This document shows positions 55,784-64,000 of a DNA stretch of 64,000 nt, in pieces. This DNA is from an uncultured bacterium. GTDB taxonomy: Bacteria; Bacillota_I; Bacilli_A; RFN20; CAG-826. Below the pieces are notes generated by a model. The model saw nothing but the letters and a program-made list of their open reading frames with translations, did not search any database and had not been told where the DNA came from. Each line of letters opens with the position of its first letter. The stretch's first letter is position 1. The DNA lies in NCBI GenBank assembly GCA_949300345.1, contig CASGDR010000006.1:6922-70921 (forward strand), written 5' to 3'. Position numbers and translations under genes: made by a program.

Positions 55784-56883
55784 CGCGCTACCTCCGCGGT
55801 GGGTACCGTTACAAGCTCATCGAGAATGTCGTCCAAGGTAATGATGCCGATTGTCTTGTCCCCTTCTTTGACTGCGGCCATATGCAATTTCTCATCAGTC
55901 AATTTTTCAAAGGCAGTAAGCAAATTGTCATCGGCGTCGATTTCCAGGACGGGAAGCAGGGTGCTCCTGGGGTCCAAATGGACGTCTTGGAAGTACTCCC
56001 CAAAATAAAGGTTTGTAGCCAAAACCCCCACAAAATTGCCTTTTTCTTCACGATAAACTGGAACTCTGCTGAATTTTGACGATAGTAGGAAATTATTGAC
56101 TTCCTTGGGCGCCAGGCTCTCTTCGGAAAGAGAAACAACCTTATTTAAAGGAGTATAGACATCCCTTGCTCTCTTATCAGAAAGGGAGAGTGCCCTCTTG
56201 AGCATGTTGACCTCATCGGGTTCGAGGAGTTCCTCTTCGGTTTTGGTAAGTTCGTTTTCCAATACAGCTTCGTCGGCTTTGGCAATCAAATCTTCCTTGC
56301 TAAGCAGATCCTCTTCTTTGATGTGAAAGAGCTTATGAACACCAGTAAGGATGAGTTTGAAGATGAGGATGACCGGATAAAGGAGAATGGAAATGATGAA
56401 GTCCGGCCAAGCCAAGAAGAAGGCCATCCTGTTCGGCATGGCTTTGGAAAGGATCTTGGGTACCGTGTCCGAAACGACATATACCAAGAAGGCCATGACT
56501 ACGGTCGAGAGAATAACCTCGACAGAATCACCAAGGCCATAGGCGTTACACAAGTTGTAGAAGAAGATGGCCGAGATGGAGGACATCAATGTCTGTACTA
56601 TGTTGTTACCAACCAGTACCGACACCAGAGTGCTCTCGAACTTCTCGGTCAGTCTTACCACGATCTTGGATGTGAGGCTTCCTTTTTCAGCCTCAGCCTT
56701 AAAGTGATATTTGTCACAGTTTGAAAATGCGTTCTCACTCGCAGAGAACAATCCGCTTACAAGCAAGAGGATACACACCAAAAGAATGGCAACCCAAACG
56801 GGCATTCCATAGACAGTTATGTCTTCGAATCTATTGGTGGTAGCCGTCAGCAGCGGAATACTACTACAATCGCCATCGCTCAT
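55780..56883 (-). CDS. CNNM/CBS transporter lacking CorC domain
   Basis: FSASENA, LVGNN, VPK, FSRVPVY, GIITLDDILDEL. Confidence 0.85.
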   Translation of the reverse strand: MSDGDCSSIPLLTATTNRFEDITVYGMPVWVAILLVCILLLVSGLFSASENAFSNCDKYHFKAEAEKGSLTSKIVVRLTEKFESTLVSVLVGNNIVQTLMSSISAIFFYNLCNAYGLGDSVEVILSTVVMAFLVYVVSDTVPKILSKAMPNRMAFFLAWPDFIISILLYPVILIFKLILTGVHKLFHIKEEDLLSKEDLIAKADEAVLENELTKTEEELLEPDEVNMLKRALSLSDKRARDVYTPLNKVVSLSEESLAPKEVNNFLLSSKFSRVPVYREEKGNFVGVLATNLYFGEYFQDVHLDPRSTLLPVLEIDADDNLLTAFEKLTDEKLHMAAVKEGDKTIGIITLDDILDELVTVPTAEVAR

Positions 56884-57245
56884 ATCTAGGCATGATGATA
56901 CGGAAAACTGCCCCTACATTCAATAAACGCTTAACCCCTGGTTGCAATAATTGGATTACATATGCGTATGCCTACGTATGATTAAAAGAAATAAGGTTAA
57001 TGGGAAACTGTGTCTGATCTTTGCCACGCTATTTAAGAAACGCGATCAAAACCTCATCTCAATTTATCTCGCCAACATGAATTTCTTGGAAACGTGAAAA
57101 CATGAAGTAGACAGTTTTCAACGGATAAATATCGATATTTTCTGAAAAATGGAAATGTCCGTTTTGTTCCCGTTTTGCAAGATATGGGTTTTATAAATCT
57201 TTATTTATAATCATTCCGAAATTTGTTATAAATTAATACGGACTT

Positions 57246-58505
57246 ATGTTAGTAGATGAATCAAAGGTTTTTACCGGTCTTACAATAGAATTTCCAACTC
57301 TGGTTTGCGCAATGCTAAATTCAGATGGAGGTCTAATCCGTTTTCAGGACAACGAAATTGACCAGCTCATTGGCAATATCAAAAATTTTATAAATGAGAA
57401 GGTGAGACCCAACGCATCCGAATGTCTGAGGTTCCTTGTCAATTTTGATTACAACAAGACCTTCCTAAATCTCCGGATCAAGCCCCTGGAAGATGCTGTG
57501 GCTGAGGTTTCAACCCGCAAAGGATACAAAGCCTATGTGGTCGATAAAGGCGTTACAAAAGAGCTGAACGCCACCGAGAGAAATCAACTTTTAGCCCAAA
57601 AGAAGGGATTAGATGACCCTTTGAAGAACAAAAGGGGCCTCATCGAAAACCCCTCCTATAAGTGCCTAAAACTGCTTTTGCCACCCGAATACCAGGACTT
57701 GAGTTCCATGGAATTCGCGCAATTCTTCGATTTGGTTGATTCTAGCCTCCGTCCTAACCGTAATTCCGACCTATTGTCCGATCAAAATCCACATCCCTTT
57801 TATTTCTATAGATATAAAGGGAAGTCCCTCAGCAGCGATTTTTCCCGCACCAACTATGGCAATAGGCCCCTTGCCATGGCGTATCAGGCCATGGCGATGA
57901 GAATCAATGCCGAACTGATGTCCCTGATGGACTTTTCGACCCAAAACCTGGATATCAATGCTCTTTTGGCCATCCTAGGCTCTTTGATTTGTACCAATGA
58001 TTGGACCTTCGATGCCCCTTCGGTAGCCATCTTCGACAATCGCGTGGAGTTCCGCTCGTATATTAGGGATGTGGTTGGAAATGTGGCATCTTCCAAAGGC
58101 CAAGCCATGCCCAGCAATAGGACCTTGACCAAGACACTGAGGAACCTAGGCATCATCCAAGGCCTGGAAAGCAGCCCTTCATGGGCCTTTGGGAACCCCC
58201 AAGTCAGTCGTCGCAAAGACGGGAACATGCTGATTACCGTATATCATTTCCCGTATACCTATCAGGAAGTCCGCGAACACAAGGCCAAAAGACTCTCTTT
58301 GCCGCTTACTGATACCGAAGGACGGGTCCTTAGCCTCCTTAGGGAAGACCCATCATTGAGGGCTGAAGACATCTCCTACATGCTTACCCGCTCCAAGAAA
58401 ACGGTTGAAAGATCCTTTGTGAGCCTGCAAAGGAAAGGCTATCTGACCCGGCTTGGTTCCAAACGGTACGGACGCTGGAGCCTAACTAGGCCCGAGCAGA
58501 TATAA
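57246..58505 (+). CDS. Divergent AlbA_2/Schlafen-HATPase_c_4-wHTH protein
   Basis: VCAMLNSDGG, IFDNRVEF, C-terminal wHTH ending LTRLGSKRYGRW. Confidence 0.55.
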   Translation: MLVDESKVFTGLTIEFPTLVCAMLNSDGGLIRFQDNEIDQLIGNIKNFINEKVRPNASECLRFLVNFDYNKTFLNLRIKPLEDAVAEVSTRKGYKAYVVDKGVTKELNATERNQLLAQKKGLDDPLKNKRGLIENPSYKCLKLLLPPEYQDLSSMEFAQFFDLVDSSLRPNRNSDLLSDQNPHPFYFYRYKGKSLSSDFSRTNYGNRPLAMAYQAMAMRINAELMSLMDFSTQNLDINALLAILGSLICTNDWTFDAPSVAIFDNRVEFRSYIRDVVGNVASSKGQAMPSNRTLTKTLRNLGIIQGLESSPSWAFGNPQVSRRKDGNMLITVYHFPYTYQEVREHKAKRLSLPLTDTEGRVLSLLREDPSLRAEDISYMLTRSKKTVERSFVSLQRKGYLTRLGSKRYGRWSLTRPEQI

Positions 58506-58599
58506 AGCATCACGAAAAAGAGGTTAGTTTGTTTCCGAACTTATTAACCCAAACGTTTTGGAAGTTTCTTCAATTAGCTTCTTCCTTCTTTTTGGCCAA

Positions 58600-59617
58600 G
58601 CATATACTTATGCCGCCCTGAACAAGATCCTGGGCAAATTCAAAACCTTGTTCAACCCCATCGACCTCACTACGGGAAAGGTCTACAAAGTCATAATCAT
58701 TTTCCTGATTCCTATCTTGCTGAGCCTCCTTTTTCAGCAGATATACACCCTCACGGATGCCATTATCGTGGGAGATAATCTCTCTGATGCCGAAGCCTCC
58801 GGTGTCAATTCAACCTCGACTTTGGTATGGCTAGTACTTTACTTCGGGATCGGCGCTACATCGGGCTTTTCCGTCATTTTGAGCGACCGTGTAGGGGCTA
58901 AGGAAGAACAGGGACAAGAAGGTCATATCTCACCCAGATCATCCTTTCATGCATCATTTCCCTCATCCTGACGGGAATAGGCATCGCCATACTCCCATTC
59001 ATTCTGAACTTCATTGGCTTATACGAAACCGCCACCGACCCCTTCATGGCTCAGGAATACCAAGCCGTCTATACCTATGTCCTCATCATCTATATAGGCA
59101 TCCTTCCCCAGGTCCTATACAACATGATCGTGGCCGTCCTAAGAGCCTACAGAGATTCATTTGCCCCGTTCATGTTTTGGTCGCTTCGACCATCGTGAAC
59201 GTAGGCTTGGATCTACTATTCATCTGCGTCTTTGGCTGGGGTGTGGCCGGCAGTGCCTGGGCGACGGTGATTTCCCAAGGACTAGCGGCCCTAGGGGCCA
59301 TTGTCTATACCTTCGTCAAATATCCTCAGCTGAGAATTAAGAAAAGCGACTGGAAACTGACCTTCGACTTTGTCCTAAGAAATCTGAAAAACGGCTTGCC
59401 CCTAGGCTTCCAGTTCTCGATATTGGAAATCGGAATCATCATGCAAGCCGCGGTCGTGGCCTATGACGTCGATGCCTCAGGCATGGCCGATCCCATTGCC
59501 TGGACGGCGGCCGTGGCCATCATGCTCATACCGACCCTCATCTATGTGTATAAAGGGGTCAAACCAACCAACGATCTTGGCAACCGCCATACATGGCGCA
59601 GCAAGGACAATCAGTAG
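58600..59617 (+). pseudogene. MATE efflux transporter pseudogene
   Basis: LFQQIYTLTDAIIVG, NVGLDLLF..GVAGSAWATVISQ; frameshifts near 58912 and 59177; internal deletion near 59480; start approximate. Confidence 0.85.
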
Positions 59618-59631
59618 TCCGACCCCTATTT

Positions 59632-61773
59632 TCAGTTCTCTTTCCTGATCTTTACCAATAGCAAGGACAAGGCATTGAGGATAAGCAAGGCCAATATGCC
59701 GGTATCGGCAAACACGGCCACATAAAGCGGGAAATCGTCAATGGCAATGGATAGCACCATGACCACGACCTTGACCAAGAGGGCAATGACGATGTTGCTT
59801 ATGGCTTTGTTGGTGGCCTTATGGGAGATATCGATCATGGAATTGACCCTTCCCGGATCATCTTCCATAAGGAGGATGTCGGAATTCTCGATGGCAAGGT
59901 CGCTGCCCTTGTTACCCATCGAGAATCCAACATCGGCTTCGATGATGGAGGGGGCATCGTTGATGCCGTCTCCGACATAGCCAACCACTCCGTATTTTTC
60001 CTTGAGTTCGCGGATGTGGTTGCGTTTGTCCTCGGGGGTAAGGCCTGCATGATATCCGTCTAAGGAGAGGGTTTCTGCAAGCTTTTTGGCATTTTCCTCA
60101 TTGTCGCCGGTAAGCAGGATGACCTTGATGCCTTTTTTGTGGAGGTTTTTCACCATTGAGGCCGAATTGGCACGGATTTTGTCCACCAAAGTGATATAGC
60201 CATAATAGACGCCATCGACGGCAAGATGGACGAGGGTGTCCTCTTCAACGACATCGGGAGCCTTCACCCCGTGTTGGGCCAAGAAGGAGGCGCTGCCGGA
60301 TAAGACGGCCCTACCATCGACCCTGCAGGAAATGCCCTTGCCGGCCACTTCCTGATAATCGGTTACCCTCTCATGGAGATGGGCCTTGTCCACGCCCCTT
60401 AGGATGCCATCGGCAATCGGGTGGCTGGAAAGGGATTCGCTGGCCCTAAGATAATCCAATAAGGCATCTTCCTCTTTGAAGGAAACTATCTTGCCGATTT
60501 CGAATTTTCCTTCGGTCAGGGTGCCGGTCTTATCCACGGCAAGCACCTTGAGCTTATTGAGGCGGTCGAAGTACTCCGAACCCCGGACCACCATGTTGTT
60601 TTTGGAGGCTAGTCCGATGCCGGCAAAGAAGCTGAGCGGCACGGATATGACGATCGCGCAGGGACAAGAGATGACCAAGCAGCAAAGCCCGGTATAGATC
60701 CATCTCTCCCAAATAAGCGGATCGGAAATCCCCAAAAAGAGGGGCGGAATCACCATGATCAATACGGATATGAGCATGACCGCCGGCGTATACCATTTCG
60801 CGAACTTGGAAATGAAGCGGTCGACTTTTGACTTATGCTCGCTTCCTTCTTCGATAAGCGAGAGGATCTTGGCGACCGAGCTATCCTCATAGGTCTTTTC
60901 GGCCACCATCTTTATGGAGCCGGAAGTGAGGATGGTCCCGGCTTTGACCGTTGAGCCTTCCTTTACCTCCACAGGCAGGAATTCCCCGGTCAATGAAGAA
61001 CCATCCAAGGTACCTTCGCCCTCGATGATGGAGCCATCCACCGGGAGCAAATCGCCGACCCTGATGAGCATTTTGTCACCGATTCTGATATCTTCGGGCG
61101 AAACTTCTTCCAGACTTCCGTCTTCCTCTATGCGGCGGGCCCTTTTGGCCTTGAGGCCGACGGCGTTGAGGACCGCCTGGTGGGAACGCCTCATCGCGAA
61201 GTTTTCGAAGACCTCGCCGATCTGATATAGAAGGACGACCATGACCGCTTCGAAGAATTCATTGGAGGCTTCTCCGAAGAAGCGCAGGAAAAATGCGCCG
61301 ACCGAGGCGATGGCCATCAAGGTATTCTCATCGAAGAACTCGTGGTTCTTGATGGGGTTCGTCACCGCTTTGTAGAGGATGTCATAGCCAAGGATGAGAT
61401 AGGCAATCGCATTGATGGCAAGATTGGGCCATAGCCCGAAGTTTCCCTCATTGACATAGGTGAGTCCGATGATGGCTAGGGTCAGTCCGAGGACGATCCT
61501 AATGAACAATATGATTATCTTGTTGCGGAACCTTTTGCCCTCGTCTTTTTTCTCGCTATGGGAAAAAGAGACCACCTTCAAGCCGTCTTCGAAGGGGTCG
61601 ACGATGGCCTGGATGTCCTTAGGGCTGAGTTCGGTTTCCGATTCGATGGCCAAACGCCCGTCTGGAAAAGAAAGCGATGCCTTATTTACTCTAGGATCCT
61701 CGCTGATTCCCTTTTCTACCTTTGAGGTGCAAACGGGGCAATCTAGCCCTTTTACCAAATACAGGGTTTTCAT
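59632..61773 (-). CDS. cadA: Heavy-metal translocating P1B ATPase (CadA/ZntA-like)
   Basis: HMA CPVC, TGE, CPC, DKTGTLT, SSHP, GDGIND. Confidence 0.9.
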   Translation of the reverse strand: MKTLYLVKGLDCPVCTSKVEKGISEDPRVNKASLSFPDGRLAIESETELSPKDIQAIVDPFEDGLKVVSFSHSEKKDEGKRFRNKIIILFIRIVLGLTLAIIGLTYVNEGNFGLWPNLAINAIAYLILGYDILYKAVTNPIKNHEFFDENTLMAIASVGAFFLRFFGEASNEFFEAVMVVLLYQIGEVFENFAMRRSHQAVLNAVGLKAKRARRIEEDGSLEEVSPEDIRIGDKMLIRVGDLLPVDGSIIEGEGTLDGSSLTGEFLPVEVKEGSTVKAGTILTSGSIKMVAEKTYEDSSVAKILSLIEEGSEHKSKVDRFISKFAKWYTPAVMLISVLIMVIPPLFLGISDPLIWERWIYTGLCCLVISCPCAIVISVPLSFFAGIGLASKNNMVVRGSEYFDRLNKLKVLAVDKTGTLTEGKFEIGKIVSFKEEDALLDYLRASESLSSHPIADGILRGVDKAHLHERVTDYQEVAGKGISCRVDGRAVLSGSASFLAQHGVKAPDVVEEDTLVHLAVDGVYYGYITLVDKIRANSASMVKNLHKKGIKVILLTGDNEENAKKLAETLSLDGYHAGLTPEDKRNHIRELKEKYGVVGYVGDGINDAPSIIEADVGFSMGNKGSDLAIENSDILLMEDDPGRVNSMIDISHKATNKAISNIVIALLVKVVVMVLSIAIDDFPLYVAVFADTGILALLILNALSLLLVKIRKEN

Positions 61774-62069
61774 AACTCTTCTTTCGCGTGTTCCTCAACC
61801 ACCTCGATGAGCTTGTTAACATGCTCGTCCGCCAAGGAATAAAAGACCTTGGTCCCTTCTTTCCTAGTCGAAACAAGGTTGGCTTTTCTAAGGACTTTGA
61901 GCTGATGCGACACCAGGGATTGGCTGGCCCCGACTTCGCTTACGATGTCGGAAACGCATTTCTCGCCTTCTAGTATTGAATAAAGGATCTTCAGCCTAGT
62001 GAAGTCGCTGGCGATGTTGAGCATGTTTTCCATCAGATCCAGGACGTGGTCATCGGGTATCGAGCACAT
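61770..62069 (-). CDS. ArsR/SmtB family metal-sensing repressor
   Basis: TRLKIL, CVSDI, SQSLVSHQLKVLR, alpha5 site DEH...EH. Confidence 0.92.
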   Translation of the reverse strand: MCSIPDDHVLDLMENMLNIASDFTRLKILYSILEGEKCVSDIVSEVGASQSLVSHQLKVLRKANLVSTRKEGTKVFYSLADEHVNKLIEVVEEHAKEEL

Positions 62070-62070
62070 A

Positions 62071-62167
62071 ATATGAACACTCCTTCATGTTTGATTACGA
62101 GCCTATTATATGAAGAATTATTCATATATCAAGCGATTCAATAAGAAATATGAAAAATTATTCATGT
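62071..62167. promoter_or_regulatory. Three ArsR/CzrA-type operators and sigma-A promoter
   Basis: ATGAA-N6-TTCAT at 62073, 62110 and 62150; minus-strand TTGATA-N16-TATAAT at 62132-62105. Confidence 0.8.
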
Positions 62168-62466
62168 CTAACTGTTTTAGGGGTGGTCTCCGATCAGGAT
62201 TTCCTTTGGCTAACCCGTGATAAAACAACGATTATTAGACGGATTAAAACATCCATATATTCCGCAAAACAGAGGGCTTCGGGTGAAAAATCTTGGTAAA
62301 CATAAGGATTTAGCCCTAAGAAAAGCATCCGACTGGGGTTTTGATAATCTAGGCACATCCCCTACCGAAGATACCCTGTGAATCGGCTATTTGAGGGGCA
62401 TGTCCTTTCGAAAGAAGCCAACGGCAATGGTTGGCTTCACTTGGTGGCATCAAACCCCAATAAGTC

Positions 62467-62877
62467 TCAAAGGGCCGCTTCGATGAAGGAAGGATCGAAA
62501 CCGAAATCCTTATAGCCCGATAGGACGGTATCCAGATATTGCTGGGTCGGCTTCCTTAGGGGCCTAAGCTTTTCATTGATCACATAGACAAAGCCTATGC
62601 AGGGTTCCCCGTCCAGTTCGAAAACCACTTGTTCTTTCTTATAGGAATAGGGATAGCCTTCGAAGTTATCCAGGCTCTTTTCATCGCGTTTGTTTAGTTC
62701 ATAGACTCCGACCGGAACCTTGGAACCTTCCTTCTTCTGGATGGTCAGATATAGCCTAAACTGAAGAGCATATCCCTCAAGCATTGCCCTCCCTACCATT
62801 TGGGCATCGGGGCAGCGGTGCTTCATCTGCTTTAAATTGAGATTGCTCCCATAGGCCAAGTAATAACTCATGGGCAT
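62467..62877 (-). CDS. Gamma-glutamylcyclotransferase (AIG2-like) family protein
   Basis: YLAYGSNLN, LDNFEGYP. Confidence 0.85.
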   Translation of the reverse strand: MPMSYYLAYGSNLNLKQMKHRCPDAQMVGRAMLEGYALQFRLYLTIQKKEGSKVPVGVYELNKRDEKSLDNFEGYPYSYKKEQVVFELDGEPCIGFVYVINEKLRPLRKPTQQYLDTVLSGYKDFGFDPSFIEAAL

Positions 62878-63085
62878 ATGTTGCCATAATTAAACAAAGC
62901 AAGGTAGAAAAGCCTGCAATTTCAACCCTGGACAAAGCCAGCTTGTGTAGCAAATGTGGCAAACCAATCGGAAATAATTTTGTTATAGAGCCATATCCAT
63001 GGACAGGCCTCAATCCGCCATCGATTTGGAAAATATGTTGAAGGAAGATTTGCTGAATCTAGTTCAAGACCATCTTGATTCAGAA

Positions 63086-63421
63086 TCAAGCAATCAGGGT
63101 AGAAACCCCATTTACGTATTCCCAATTGGTGCCCAATCCATAGACGATGGTGCCATTAAAGCCATTGTTACAATCGGCATCCCAATTAGGATCGGCGGTA
63201 CCCTTTTCGACATAGATGGTGCCGCTTACGTCATAGAAGGCCTTTTCTCCGATATAACTGAACCCTTCGGAGATATTGACCCAGCTTAGGTTGCTGCAGT
63301 TATAGAAGGCTTCATAGTCGATGCTGAGCAAAGAATCGGGCAAATTTGCGGAAGTCAGGGACAAATTGTCGCTATAGACCTCAGGGAGGATGCGGTCCAC
63401 GGCTATGGAATTGCCGACGCT
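63086..63421 (-). pseudogene. BspA-type leucine-rich repeat protein, 3' fragment
   Basis: LPDSLLSIDYEAFYNCSNL, IGEKAFY; no N-terminus or convincing start. Confidence 0.7.
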
Positions 63422-64000
63422 CGCCTGTTTTCGTCGACGAAATACAAAAGGCCCCTGCCCTATTCGAGAGCATCAAGCTCTATCTGGACAAGGAAGGCAA
63501 GAAGGGCCAGTTTTACCTCTCGGGTTCCCAGCAATTCAAAATGATGAAAGGGGTAAGCGAGTCCTTGGCCGGACGCATCGGACTAGTCACCCTGCCGGGC
63601 CTTTCATTGAGGGAAAGGGCAGGGACTTCCTTCGACCTCCCCTTCCTACCGAGCGAGGAATATTTCGCCTCTAGGAAGACGGATGCATCATCCATCGGTT
63701 ACGCCGGCGTTTGGGATATGGTCCATCGGGGCAGCATGCCCGAGCTCGTAGTCAATCCCGACTATGACTGGAAGCTATTCTACTCGACGTATCTGAATAC
63801 CTACATCGATCGGGACGTCAGAGAACTAAGCGAGATAGGCGACACGGTCAAGTTCACCAATTTCATGCTAGGGGCCGCCTCCCACATCGGGCAGTTGCTC
63901 AATCTGGCTTCCTTGGCAAGGGATGTCGGGATCACCATACCCACGGCCAAAAGATGGCTTTCCATCCTCGTCGCGAGCAACATCGTCTACCTGCTAAGGC
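63421..64000 (+). pseudogene. AAA_14/DUF4143 ATPase lacking its N-terminus (Walker A); runs off window end
   Basis: Manual translation PVFVDEIQKAP...LSGSQQF...SESLAGR...GSMPE...TYIDRDV. Confidence 0.8.

Noticed and set aside
57088-57102. parS-like GGAAACGTGAAAACA, plus a half-site GTTTCACG near 13203
   Set aside because: Neither matches the 16-bp TGTTTCACGTGAAACA palindrome.
62170-62466. Possible gene remnant or RNA between the ArsR operators and the GGCT gene
   Set aside because: No ORF of useful length or recognisable motif; only a short hairpin (GAAGCCAAC/GTTGGCTTC).
1-64000. CRISPR arrays, tRNA/rRNA genes, IS elements, integrases, prophage genes
   Set aside because: None recognised by eye in this window.

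Overview
Mostly core chromosome of a Bacillota bacterium of the Bacilli type. The gene order is Bacillus-like (cmk-der-hup, cca-dnaD-nth, recU, gpsB-rnpB, pgsA-cinA-recA-rny-ymdB-miaB, mnmG-rsmG-parA-parB, sufCDSUB, prsA-like/hit/yhaM), and a reduced, probably uncultured lineage is my inference. The standard genetic code is used. Non-coding elements are RNase P RNA, an FMN riboswitch, ArsR and DtxR-type operators and several terminators. Accessory elements are a 1940-aa DUF4011/SF1 helicase/nuclease (Hhe-like defence protein), Feo iron uptake, two CNNM transporters, a CadA/CadC metal module, and a decayed region from about 56.9 kb to the end. The best candidate for an undescribed system is a terminator-insulated ECF sigma / membrane anti-sigma / lipoprotein trio (47.9-50.7 kb). 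The anti-sigma extracellular domain and the lipoprotein are paralogues sharing a 30-aa identical block, and both transcription units carry the same ECF-like promoter motif. Other highlights are a MiaB-RicA(YmcA) fusion, many apparently leaderless genes, a ParB with a degenerate CTP motif, a tail-less CCA enzyme, and two unexplained structured intergenic elements. All family assignments come from motif recognition by eye, not database searches.
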